In this document: in pieces, positions 10,521 to 20,598 of the stretch
Layout of the letters: every line of letters starts with the position of its first letter
Position numbering within the stretch: the first letter of the stretch is position 1
Notes under the pieces: model-generated
Database searches by the model: none
What the model was told of the DNA's origin: nothing
What the model saw: only the letters and a program-made list of their open reading frames with translations
Made by a program: the position numbers and the translations under genes
Assembly (NCBI GenBank): GCA_963837955.1
Contig: CAWIPH010000002.1
Span: 192,001-256,000 of the forward strand
DNA from: an uncultured Verrucomicrobiae bacterium
Lineage (GTDB): Bacteria > Verrucomicrobiota > Verrucomicrobiia > Chthoniobacterales > JAFAMB01
Direction: 5' to 3'
Length of the DNA: 64,000 bases

Positions 10521-11774
10521 GTGGTGCTGATTCATCGCAATATTACCGCTAATTTGCTTGAAGCTTTGTCGGATACGCCGGTGGTGATGGTGAACGGCGC
10601 TCGACAGACCGGTAAGAGTACGCTGGTGCAATCCAAAGAACTGGAAAGGCGTCAATACTTGACGTTTGACGATGTTGGTGTTGTGGCAGCGGCCAAGGGT
10701 GATCCCATCGGGTTCATTGCCGGTCTGGGTCCCAAAGTCACTCTTGATGAAATACAGCACGTTCCCGAGCTGTTTCAGTCGATCAAACTTGCGGTCGACC
10801 GCGAGCGGGAACCTGGACGGTTCTTGTTGACGGGCTCGGCAAACTTAATGGTTTTACCCAGGCTTTCAGAGTCACTTGCGGGCCGCATGGAATTATTGAC
10901 ACTCTGGCCGTTTTCACGTGGCGAAATCCAAGGGAATCGGGAGACGTTTATCGACAATCTTTTCTCGAGTAAACCTGTCTGGCCGACTCTCAAGAAAGGT
11001 GCATCGATCAAACGCTCTGCAATCATCGAGTTGATGTTAGCCGGCGGTTACCCTTCCGCGCTCGCTCGTCAAAGCAGAGCCCGCCGTAGGGCATGGTTCG
11101 AATCGTATCTAACCACTATATTGCAGCGCGATGTTCGTGACCTTTCTAACATTGACGATTTGAGCGCTGTTCCCAGGCTCCTTTCTGTAGTAGCCAGCAG
11201 AGCCGGTGGGCTGCTTAACTACGCTGATTTATCGAGGACGCTAGGTCTGCCGCAGACGACTCTGAAACGGTATTTCGCTTTGCTGGAAATGACGTTCTTA
11301 GTTCAGTTGCTACGACCCTGGTCGGGTAATCTTGGCCAACGGAGTATTCGAACGCCAAAAGTGTATTTGAATGATACCGGGTTACTTGCGCATCTTTTGG
11401 CTTTGACCCCAGAACGGTTGGAGACGGATCCCAGCCTGGCCGGCGCGCTCGCCGAAAACTTTGTGATGATGGAGCTGGTTAAACAATCAGCGTGGAGCGA
11501 GACGATGCCCAAGATTTTCTTTTGGCGCACCGCATCGGGGAGGGAAGTCGATATCGTTCTGGAGGATAACGCAGGACGGATTGTGGGCCTTGAAGTGAAG
11601 GCGGCGGCGACGCTAAATGCAAACGATATAGCAGGGTTAAGCGCTTTGGCCGCGGAGGTTGGGAAGAAATGGATTCGTGGCATTGTGTTGTACACTGGTC
11701 TAGAGGTGATCCCTTTCGGGAGTAATCTGCATGGTGTACCCCTGCAGACGCTGTGGCAGCCAATCGGTAGATAA
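10521..11774 (+). CDS. AAA_14 ATPase + DUF4143 / C-terminal PD-(D/E)XK nuclease-like protein
   Basis: Walker A GARQTGKST, Walker B TLDEIQ, LLTGSA, ESLAGR, GGYP, PKVYLNDTGL, ENFV and EVDIV...GLEVK. Start uncertain (ATG 10509, GTG 10521 or 10524). Confidence 0.9.
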   Translation: MVLIHRNITANLLEALSDTPVVMVNGARQTGKSTLVQSKELERRQYLTFDDVGVVAAAKGDPIGFIAGLGPKVTLDEIQHVPELFQSIKLAVDREREPGRFLLTGSANLMVLPRLSESLAGRMELLTLWPFSRGEIQGNRETFIDNLFSSKPVWPTLKKGASIKRSAIIELMLAGGYPSALARQSRARRRAWFESYLTTILQRDVRDLSNIDDLSAVPRLLSVVASRAGGLLNYADLSRTLGLPQTTLKRYFALLEMTFLVQLLRPWSGNLGQRSIRTPKVYLNDTGLLAHLLALTPERLETDPSLAGALAENFVMMELVKQSAWSETMPKIFFWRTASGREVDIVLEDNAGRIVGLEVKAAATLNANDIAGLSALAAEVGKKWIRGIVLYTGLEVIPFGSNLHGVPLQTLWQPIGR

Positions 11775-11797
11775 TCATCCATATAGCGGCTGATTAT
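11770..11797 (+). repeat. Downstream copy of the 28-bp direct repeat, overlapping the AAA gene stop codon
   Basis: GATAATCATCCATATAGCGGCTGATTAT versus GATAATCATCCATATAATGGTTGATTAT at 10493-10520 (25/28 identical). Confidence 0.9.
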
Positions 11798-12020
11798 CAA
11801 TATAAGGTTTGAGGTGATTTGTGATGATGGTAAGGTAGAAAATGTGGGGAAGTGTTCATTATTGTTGAGTTCTATATCGGCGCATATGTTATGGTGTGAG
11901 ACTCACGTTGTTGACTTGTGATGTCTCACGTTATCGGACTTACTTTTCTAAAGGTGAGACTGATTTCGTTAGAAGCTAATTGAGAAAGAAAACAACAGGT
12001 AAAAAAGGAATTCTATTTGA

Positions 12021-12720
12021 ATGACAGTTTCATCTCGTCTCTTCTATAAAGTGCTGCTTACGAACGACGATGGGTTCGACGCTCCTGGGCTTCGGACGTT
12101 GACGGAGGTAGCAGAGGAACTAGCTGAGGAGGTTTGGATCGTCGCTCCGATTACGATCAGAGCGGGACGTCGCATTCTATTAGCCTGCACAGACCGCTGC
12201 GCGTTCGCAGAAGGAAGAGCGCAGATATTCAGTAGAAACAAGAGAGACTGTGTGGCTATGGCGATAAGAATGAGGCCAGCGGAGATTTGGCTTCTCTCAG
12301 GTTACCACGGCGCATAAGGAAGAGAAGATAAGGAAAGGTGGGAGCGGAGATGAGGGGCTATGCTAGGGATAAAGTAGATGGCTTAAGAAAGGAATAAAGA
12401 GAAAGAAAAGAGGTGAGTTGGGAAAAGGCTAGAGAGATAGCTATAAGGTAATAAGGCAGTAAGAAAAGGGAGGCGGAGAAAAGGCAAAGCGTGAACATAA
12501 ATTTACGGAGAGGGGAGAGGAAGCGCGACTAATAAACGATCGAAGAAAACCTGACGGCGGATCCGCTCCAGATCAACGGCGAGATATATTGGCTGTTTAG
12601 ACGCTCAGCGTGGGAAGATGAGGTAGGATGGAGATGTTCGCTATTAGAAGAGGGAGAGTATGGTAAATCTGTAATTAGAGCGGATTAAAGGTTATTTGTT
12701 AGCTTAAAAGCTAGATAAGG
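12021..12720 (+). pseudogene. surE: 5'/3'-nucleotidase SurE, degraded or mis-called
   Basis: VLLTNDDGFDAPGL...EVWIVAP at the start. Remnants of DCVAMAI, LSG..HGA, GTVGAA, NINF and YWL motifs follow out of frame. End approximate. Confidence 0.8.
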
Positions 12721-13143
12721 ATGATGAAGTATTAGATGTAGTTAGTATTAGTAATATGTAGTGGTGTGGTGGTGGGAGTGATTTTAAAATGAATTGTTTT
12801 GAGTATTGTTCAAGTTGTAAGGGTTATTAATAGATGTCTTTTCACGTTGTTTATTGGAGTTTTAGTTTGTTTTAGTTATATGAAAAACTTTATAGAGGAT
12901 AGCTGATTGGTTTCGATTAGGAAAAGTAATGAGCTATATCTTTGTAGATGGACTTTCTCATATTTCACGATAACTGCTAAATGGATTGGAGAGGAGAACG
13001 TTCTGTCTTAGGACGAAACGATTAAGATAAGAGTTAATAAGTAACAACATGTTACATATAGAACGTGGCTACTAAATTTTGCTACGAGCAACTAATTCCT
13101 GATTCGGGTGCATGAAGGGCAGATTCGTCAGTTAAGCTTCCTG

Positions 13144-14125
13144 ATGCGAGCTCTTGTACTTTCATGTTATGGCGGACTAAGTGCACGGCGTTGAAGACGT
13201 GCAACAGCGGTCGCTCGGAGCTGGTGAACTTCTCGTTCGAGTTCATGCAGCCGGACTTAACCGGTCGATTTCAAGACGCGGCTGGCGCCTGAAGATCGTC
13301 CACAAATATCGGCTCCCGATAGTGATGGGAAACGAACTGCTGGTATCGTAGAAGCAGTGGGCCGGGAATGATGCGCTTTGCTAAGAGCGACCGCGTGTTT
13401 GCGCGCGTGGACAAGAACATCATGGGCGCCTTCGCGGAATACGCCGTGGTCGACGAAGATCACGCGGCGCGGATGCGGGCGTCGCTGGACTTCCCATCAG
13501 CGGCGGCGGTACCGCTGCCGGCTCACGCGCTGCAGGCGTTGCGCGACGAGCTACACTGAGCGCCGGCCAGCGTGTATTCATCCCAGGCGGCGCTGGAGGA
13601 GTCGGCACTTTCGCGATCCAGATCGCCAAGCACTGGGTGCGCACGTCGCGACGACGGCCTCGCCGCGCGGCGAGGCGTTAGTCAAGCGGCTTGGCGCACG
13701 TGGTGATCGACTAAGCGCGAGCGCTTCGAGGAAAAGCTGTCGGGCTACGACTGCGCCTTAGATCTGCTCGGCGGCGACACGCTGGCGCGTCTGTGGTCGG
13801 TGCTCAAGCCGGGCGGACGCGTCGTCTCGATCGCGGGCATGCCGGAACCCGTGACGGCGCGAAAGGATTTGGGACGCGGCATCGGCCTCGCTGCGCTGTT
13901 CTGGGTCGCCAGCCTGCACACACGAGTCCGTGCTGCACGTCATGGTGCACAGCTATCGCTATCTTTTCATGCACCCGAGTGGCACCGATGGCCTATCTGG
14001 ACTCGCTGATCGACGCCAAGAAGCTTGAAGTCGTCATCGACCGAGTTTTTCCGTTCGCTGAGGTCAAGGAAGCGATGGCTTACCTGGAGACCGGTCACGC
14101 AAAGGCAAGGTCGTACTGGCGATGA
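13144..14125 (+). pseudogene. NADP-dependent oxidoreductase (MDR/quinone reductase family), frameshifted
   Basis: MRALVLSCYGG, VHAAGLNPVDFK-like, GAFAEY, IPGGAGGVGTFAIQIAK, LKPGGRVVSI and VIDRVFPFAEVKEAMAYLETGHAK occur across several frames. Confidence 0.85.
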
Positions 14126-14209
14126 GTTGATCCGGCGAGAGGCAGCTCTTTTGTAGATTTCTAGCTTTTTGGATGGATCTTCTGATCGAATTATCCAATG
14201 CGACTACAA

Positions 14210-15180
14210 GCGGATTGCAACGGCTTCTTGCTCTTGATGCGATCGGATTTCGGATCGAATTCTCCGCGATACTGGGATTACCGGCTGCGTGGCCTGCATC
14301 GTTTACAATCACCAACTCTGAACGGGGCCATAGGCTATGTAGCTTCGACGCCGTAGCAAGCGGTGCCTGAAAATCGAAACGTCCATTCACGAGCACGCCG
14401 GAATCTCCGCAAGCCTGTCCACCTCACGCAGGACACGTCCATCGCCAAGCCACCCATTGTGATAAACGTAATGCGTAACAAGCCGCGCATAGGCCATCGC
14501 GAACGCGGATCTTGGAATGGAGCCGCCAACCGGACACAGGAGGCCAATCCGGAGTCGCGGACTCCCACAAACACCACGCAAGAGCAGTCTGTTCACGGAC
14601 CGCAGGATTGGAATCCCGCAGCGAGCGACAGTAAGCCTCGATGATATCTCCATCGCGATCAACAACCGGCAAGGCGTTGCGGCGGCGTTCCCACTCTTCG
14701 GGGAATAACACCCCAGACGTCACGAAACAACCAGTCAAATTCTTCGCGCCGCCCAGTCGTAACTCCAAACAAGATCAATTCTGTCACAAAGGTAGAAAAC
14801 TGTTCGGCATAGGCAAGCGCTAACGCGCTGCCCCATGATCCGCCCAACACCAACCACCGCTCGATATGGAGGTGAATTCGCAGCAATTCAATGTCGGAGA
14901 TCAGGTTCTCTGTGGTGTTCCTCGACAACTCCGTCTCAGGGAGGCTCGCATGAGGTCGGCTCCTCCCACAACCACGTTGATCAAACAGCACAATGCGGTA
15001 CGCAGCGGGATCGAATAGCCTTCGATGCCATGGATTACACCCCGAGCCGGGACCACCATGTAAGACAATAGCAGGCTTGCCACTAGGATTGCCGCAGACT
15101 TCCCAGTAGACGAGATCGCCGCCACCGACCTCCAGCATGCCCTTCGCATACGGTTCGATCTCGGGATAAACGCCTGACAT
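14210..15180 (-). pseudogene. pip: Proline iminopeptidase, frameshifted
   Basis: YPEIEPY, LHGGPGSG, FDQRGCGRSRPHA, GGSWGSALALAYA, VNGRFD and DAGH. The 3' end is approximate. Confidence 0.88.
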
Positions 15181-15318
15181 ACCTTGCCAATCCTGTCGGA
15201 TTATAAAAAACTTTGAACAAATTTAACAAACTACAAATTACGTCCAAACTGATCCACTTTAGCGTCAGAGGGGATTGAGCAAGGGGCACGTCTTAACAAA
15301 CAACAAAAGTGTTGCATG

Positions 15319-15722
15319 TTAAGACGTGACCTTTCTGTGACGACCACCCTCGTCGCCAGGCAATTCAATAAAGAACAGACGGAAGGTGTCCAGGCTCAAG
15401 AGTAGTGTCAGCCCGCTTGAGATCAAGGTTACCCAACGCCATCCGACCGAAAAGAACACCAGATCCAATACGAACAAAACATTTGCCAGCCACGCCACGC
15501 ATCCGACAAACAGGCTCATCCAGCCTAAGCCTAATACCGTTAACCCAAACCAGGGGTCTGTAGCCGGTGGCGTGTCGCTGCCGGGTAGTAGCGCGAGAAA
15601 AGTAGGGCGGGGCAACAGCAGGCTGCGCTGTAAATGAGAATGATTACGCTCGTCAATACTAGGCGGGCACGCAGAGTGAGCTTCGACTTACCCGACTTAT
15701 AGCTTGATTGCTGATTAGACAT
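15319..15722 (-). CDS. Hypothetical membrane protein, apparently frameshifted (15540..15722 + 15319..15615)
   Basis: Hydrophobic segments in two overlapping frames (LVLTSVIILIYSAACCCPAL; LGLGW...AWLANVLF). Confidence 0.5.
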
Positions 15723-15825
15723 GCTTGCAAGACTTAGGTCTGTACATTAGTGGCTCTGGAATGGAAGTTGATTTTAATGCGACACCTCAAGGTCGAGTTA
15801 TCATCACCAATCGCAGAACAGCTGA

Positions 15826-16393
15826 ATGGAGCGATCAGAGGTTACCGACCTTCACTACTTAGCGCCGATCTCCAATGTCCCCTCAATTCTGCAGCGCGGA
15901 ATTTTGCGACACAGCGGCTCAGAGGATTCAACATGCCGACCTTTCGATGGCGGTCATCCAAACACGCAGGTCGGCCAAGCGAGTGCCAGGTGGTCTTCCT
16001 CTCCACGATTACGTTAACCTCTATTTCAACGGCGGAAACAAAATGATGGCCGCGTGCCGCCCGAAACATTCCTCGATTTGCGTTCTAAGGATAAACTCAG
16101 ACGTGCTCGACGTACCAGGGGCTATTATTGCGGATCAAAACGCTGCTTCCACCTACGCGATGTTTCTGCCGTCTCCTGCGGGAAAAAAAAGCTGACGACC
16201 CTGATTTTGGTTGTTCTTCCGATCCTGAACTTGATCTGATGGAATGGCGCTTGGGTGCGGTTTGCGCTGAGCTTTGATATGACAGTGGACTGGTTTATAT
16301 TTGGGGCATACGTAGCGGACAACAATGGTCTCCGGGCGCTCCAGAAAGCGCTCCGACTTTTCCTCAGTGGTTAATTCAGACATATTTCTTTGA
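15826..16393 (+). CDS. darT: DarT-type DNA ADP-ribosyltransferase toxin (DUF4433), frameshifted in this sequence
   Basis: LHYLAPISNVPSILQRGIL, IQTRR, LHDYVNLYFN..NKMM, IADQNAAS and a CAE catalytic-loop-like motif near 16262. TGA at 16391-93 lies directly before darG. Confidence 0.85.
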
Positions 16394-16398
16394 TCGAG

Positions 16399-17523
16399 AT
16401 GGAATCAAAAATCCGAGTTCTCCTAGGGGATTTCTTAGTTCGCCTGCTCAGACGTTGGTAAATACCGTGAATTGTGTGGGTATCATGGGTAAGGGAATTG
16501 CTCTTGAGTTCAAAAAGAGGTTCCCGGATATGTTTGAAGATTACCGTCGCCGCTGTGCAGCCGGTCAGTTCGGCTTGGACGGCCGTATCTCTACAAAAAC
16601 TTAGATGGCCCATGGATCCTCAATTTCCCGACGAAGAATCATTGGAGACAAGTTACAGACCTGCGCGATATAGTTTCAGGGCTAGTATTTCTTTTATCAG
16701 GTATCGAGACTGGGGTATCACATCTTTGGCTGTACCACCTTTAGGTTGCGGTAATGGTCAGCTTGAATGGCGCATTGTTGGCCCGACCCTGTATCGCTAT
16801 TTAGCGCGCCTAGAAATCCCTGTGGAGCTATACGCTCCACACGGCACGCCGCACACGGAGCTACAGCCTTCTTTCCTCGGTGATCTCAAACGCGAGGGCG
16901 ATTTGGAAGTGGCAGTTCCGAAACCGCACTTCATTAAGCCGGGCTGGCTGGCAATCGTCGATACCGTCAGACGGCTGCAGTCGCAACCTTATCACCCCCC
17001 CGTCGGGCGTACGACGGTTCAAAAGATCGCTTATTTTTTGACAGAGCTCGGCGTTGATACGGGCCTCCATTACAAGAGAGGAAGTTATGGGCCGTACGCG
17101 GAGGAGTTGAAGCCTCTTGTCGGTCGGCTAATGCAAAACGGATTAGTTCGAGAGCACCGCCTGGGTAGAATGATCGAGATTAGGACAGGAGACACTTTCA
17201 ACGACGCTCGAATCGCTTACGCAGAAGACCTAAAAGAGCTAGAGTCCTCAATAAGAAGGACAACGGATCTCTTCATGCGAGTCACCACGAGTCGTGCTGA
17301 GGTTGTTGCGTCGGTTCATTTCGCTGAAAAGGCCTTGCAACGAGCAAGGGGTCCAGAGGTTTCGGAGAACGACGTTCTAAACGAAGTACTCACGTGGAAG
17401 AAGCGACATCGTCCACCTCTTGATAAAGAAGATGTGGCGCTCCACGTTCGGAACCTGGCAGCCCTTGGGTGGATAAAAGTCAAACCAAGTCGCGACCTTC
17501 CTCTTCCGGAAGAAGAGCTTTAG
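16399..17523 (+). CDS. darG: DarG macrodomain antitoxin, frameshifted in 5' part
   Basis: From ATG 16399: ..GDF..SPAQTLVNTVNCVGIMGKGIALEFKKRFPDMF, NFPTK.HWR, SLAVPPLGCGNGQLEW. C-terminal domain has VQKIAYFL and YGPYAEEL. Confidence 0.9.
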
Positions 17524-17657
17524 ACTCTCGAGTTCTCACGGATCCAAGCGAACCGGACGATAAGTCCTACGTGTGCTTTGCAGAGACGAATCATGAGCGC
17601 TTCTGAGTCTAGCTCACGTTTGCTGATTTGACCTATTAACTGCATATAGCATATACA

Positions 17658-17729
17658 TGTCCCCGCCGGGAATCGAACCCGGATTTAAGGTTTAGGAAAC
17701 CTCCGTTCTATCCGTTGAACTACGGAGAC
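17658..17729 (-). tRNA. tRNA-Arg(CCT)
   Basis: GTCTCCG/CGGGGAC acceptor stem, TAGTTCAACGGATAGAAC D arm, anticodon loop TTCCTAA and GGTTCGATTCC T arm. CCA is not encoded. Confidence 0.96.
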
Positions 17730-17869
17730 GCTTGAACGGTAGCTTAGTATCGCAAGTTGACCGCGGTTGCAATGACCGGAGAGATAATCGCGTAATGAGC
17801 TTGAATTGGGGCATCCGCGCCGATATTTAAGCTGCAGTCAAATCCCCCCGTCCGAGTGCAGGCAGCAAT

Positions 17870-18682
17870 ATGCCTTACGCGAATGAATCATTAAGACAAC
17901 GCTCCTTTGGTGAGACCATGCGACGTGATGCGTGGTGGGAGCAGCCGTTATTCGTATTTCTCGGGCTTTCGACTTTCCTGGTGTATTCGACTTGGGCGGC
18001 ATTTCAGGGAACTCATTATTGGCTCGATCAAAACGGCGCAGATTATCTTTCGCCGTTTTATTCGCCAGAAATTTTCGGCAGCTCGCCGCATGCGATTTTT
18101 GGACCACAGCCTGGGTGGTGGCCACCGTGGTTATTATTCTCACCCGCCCTTTTGGTTCTGTGGGCACCCGCGGGTTTTCGGCTGACCTGTTACTACTACC
18201 GGGGCGCTTACTACAAAGCGTTTTGGGCTGATCCACCGGCCTGTGCCGTCGGCGAGCCGCGAAAAGGATATCTGGGCGAACATTCCTTTCCGCTCATCAT
18301 GCAAAATATCCATCGCTACTTCCTTTATCTGGCGCTGCTGTTCATTCTCGTTCTCGCGCACGATGCATGGAAAGCGATGTGGTTCACAGATGCGTCTGGT
18401 TCAAAGCACTTCGGTATCGGCGTTGGAACGATTGTGCTCACGCTAAACGTTATTCTGTTGGCCAGCTACACGTTAGGCTGTCATTCGCTGCGCCATTTGA
18501 TCGGCGGTTTCCTGGATGAAATTGCGAAAAGGCCGGTTTGCGCCAAAGGCTACGCCTGCGTGAGTTGCCTGAATCGGCGCCACATGCTGTGGGCCTGGAT
18601 GAGTTTGTTCTGGGTCGGGTTCACCGACTTATATGTGCGTCTGTGCTCAATGGGCATCTGGCATGATTGGAAGATCTTATAA
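17870..18682 (+). CDS. Succinate dehydrogenase membrane anchor, Mycobacterium Sdh1-like
   Basis: Multi-TM protein with YLSPFYSP, GFRLTCYYYRGAYY and YTLGCHSLRH, directly upstream of the flavoprotein. Confidence 0.85.
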   Translation: MPYANESLRQRSFGETMRRDAWWEQPLFVFLGLSTFLVYSTWAAFQGTHYWLDQNGADYLSPFYSPEIFGSSPHAIFGPQPGWWPPWLLFSPALLVLWAPAGFRLTCYYYRGAYYKAFWADPPACAVGEPRKGYLGEHSFPLIMQNIHRYFLYLALLFILVLAHDAWKAMWFTDASGSKHFGIGVGTIVLTLNVILLASYTLGCHSLRHLIGGFLDEIAKRPVCAKGYACVSCLNRRHMLWAWMSLFWVGFTDLYVRLCSMGIWHDWKIL

Positions 18683-18771
18683 ACTTTGCATCGTTGAGCC
18701 GTTGCATCGTTCCGCTGCTTTGCCGCTCCCAGCCTGGAATGCTTTAACCTTTCGACGCTTGAGCGAATCAA

Positions 18772-20598
18772 ATGGCTAATTACGAAACACTCGAATACGA
18801 CGTGCTCGTCATCGGCGCGGGCGGTGCGGGGCTGCGAGCGGCTATAGAAGCTTCGGCTGCCGGGGTCAAGGTCGGCTTGGTTTGCAAATCGCTACTCGGT
18901 AAAGCGCATACTGTGATGGCGGAAGGCGGCATAGCGGCAGCGCTGGCGAACGTGGATGACCGCGACAACTGGAGAGTCCATTTCGCCGATACGATGCGCG
19001 GCGGCCAATACGTTAATGATTGGCGAATGGCCGAGTTACACGCGAAGGAAGCCCCTGATCGCGTCCGCGAACTCGAAGCCTGGGGCGCGGTGTTTGACCG
19101 CACTGCCGATGGAAGAATTCTTCAGCGCAATTTCGGCGGTCATCGCTATCCGCGGCTCGCCCACGTTGGCGACCGCACTGGCTTAGAAATGATTCGCACG
19201 TTGCAGGACCACGGCATTCATCAGGGCATCGAAGTCTACATGGAACACACGATCGCTACCTTGCTCACAGATGGCGACCGGGTCGTTGGCGCGTTCGGCT
19301 ATGATCGCGAGCGCGGGCGGTTCAAGGTCTTCCGGGCCAAGGCCATTGTGCTGGCCACCGGCGGCATTGGTCGTGCCTATCGAATCACTAGCAACTCCTG
19401 GGAATACACCGGCGACGGACAATCGTTGGCATATCATGCCGGCGCGGAATTGGTTGACATGGAGTTCGTGCAATTTCACCCGACCGGCATGATCTGGCCG
19501 CCGAGTGTCATGGGCATTCTCGTTACCGAAGGCGTTCGCGGCGAAGGCGGCGTCTTGCGCAACAAGGATGGCAAGCGGTTCATGTTCGCAGAGATCCCAG
19601 AAAACTATAAATCACAAACCGCCGACAACCCAGAAGAAGGATGGCGTTATACGCAGGGCGACAAAAATGCCCGCCGTCCACCGGAACTTCTCACCCGCGA
19701 TCACGTCTCACGTTGCATCATGGACGAAGTCAAAGCCGGGCGCGGCAGTCCGCACGGCGGAGTGTTTCTCGACATTTCCTGGATCAAAGAAAAGCTCCCG
19801 AATGCGGCGGAGCATATTAAGAAGAAATTGCCGAGCATGTATCATCAATTCATGCAGCTGGCCAACCTTGATATCACCAAGGAGCCGATGGAAGTCGGGC
19901 CCACGACCCATTACATCATGGGCGGCGTACGGGTGAATGCCGAAACCCAGATGTCCAGTGTGCCTGGACTGTTCGCAGCCGGGGAAGTAGCCGCCGGATT
20001 GCACGGAGCGAACCGGCTCGGCGGAAATTCATTGTCCGACCTGCTCGTGTTCGGTAAACGGGCGGGCGAATTCGCTGCGAGCTTTGCCAAGAAACATGGT
20101 GCCGGTCAAATTAGCGAAGCCGAAATTGAAGAAGCCGCCCGCGAAGCGCTGGAACCGTTCGATCGCGCCGCCAAAACAACCGGCAGCGCCGAAGGCCCTT
20201 ACCAGGTGCAAAACGATTTGCAGGAATTGATGCAGAGTCTCGTCGGCATCGTGCGGCGAGAAGAGGAGATGGTTCGCGCGCTCGACAGACTGAGCGAACT
20301 TTGGGAACGCTCCCAAAACGTCACTGTCTATGGCCATCGCGAATACAATCCCGGCTGGCACACCGCGATTGACTTGAAACATCTACTCACGGTTTCAGAA
20401 GCCATTGCGCGTTCGGCTATTGAGCGCAAGGAGAGTCGCGGCGGACATTTCCGCGACGATTTTCCAAGCAAGAGCGTAGCGGACGGCAAAATGAACATTG
20501 TTCTTCACAAAGCTGCGGACGGCTCGATGCAGGTGCGACGCGAACCGATTGCCGAAATGCCCGAGGAATTGAAGCAAGTCATCGAGGAGATGAAATGA
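18772..20598 (+). CDS. sdhA: Succinate dehydrogenase/fumarate reductase flavoprotein subunit
   Basis: VIGAGGAG, AHTVMAEGG, QFHPT, HYIMGG, HGANRLGGNSL and ESRGGH. Confidence 0.95.
   Translation: MANYETLEYDVLVIGAGGAGLRAAIEASAAGVKVGLVCKSLLGKAHTVMAEGGIAAALANVDDRDNWRVHFADTMRGGQYVNDWRMAELHAKEAPDRVRELEAWGAVFDRTADGRILQRNFGGHRYPRLAHVGDRTGLEMIRTLQDHGIHQGIEVYMEHTIATLLTDGDRVVGAFGYDRERGRFKVFRAKAIVLATGGIGRAYRITSNSWEYTGDGQSLAYHAGAELVDMEFVQFHPTGMIWPPSVMGILVTEGVRGEGGVLRNKDGKRFMFAEIPENYKSQTADNPEEGWRYTQGDKNARRPPELLTRDHVSRCIMDEVKAGRGSPHGGVFLDISWIKEKLPNAAEHIKKKLPSMYHQFMQLANLDITKEPMEVGPTTHYIMGGVRVNAETQMSSVPGLFAAGEVAAGLHGANRLGGNSLSDLLVFGKRAGEFAASFAKKHGAGQISEAEIEEAAREALEPFDRAAKTTGSAEGPYQVQNDLQELMQSLVGIVRREEEMVRALDRLSELWERSQNVTVYGHREYNPGWHTAIDLKHLLTVSEAIARSAIERKESRGGHFRDDFPSKSVADGKMNIVLHKAADGSMQVRREPIAEMPEELKQVIEEMK

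Noticed and set aside
11800..13100. C-depleted tract caused by the nearby DarT or by a diversity-generating retroelement
   Set aside because: DarT2 targets thymidine, and DGRs mutate adenines and need an RT plus a TR/VR pair, neither of which is seen. An artefact is more parsimonious.
15287..15328. Hairpin CACGTCTTAACA...TGTTAAGACGTG as an integron attC site
   Set aside because: At 42 bp it is too short, the RYYYAAC/GTTRRRY boxes are imperfect, and no second site or integrase is seen. More likely a terminator-like stem.
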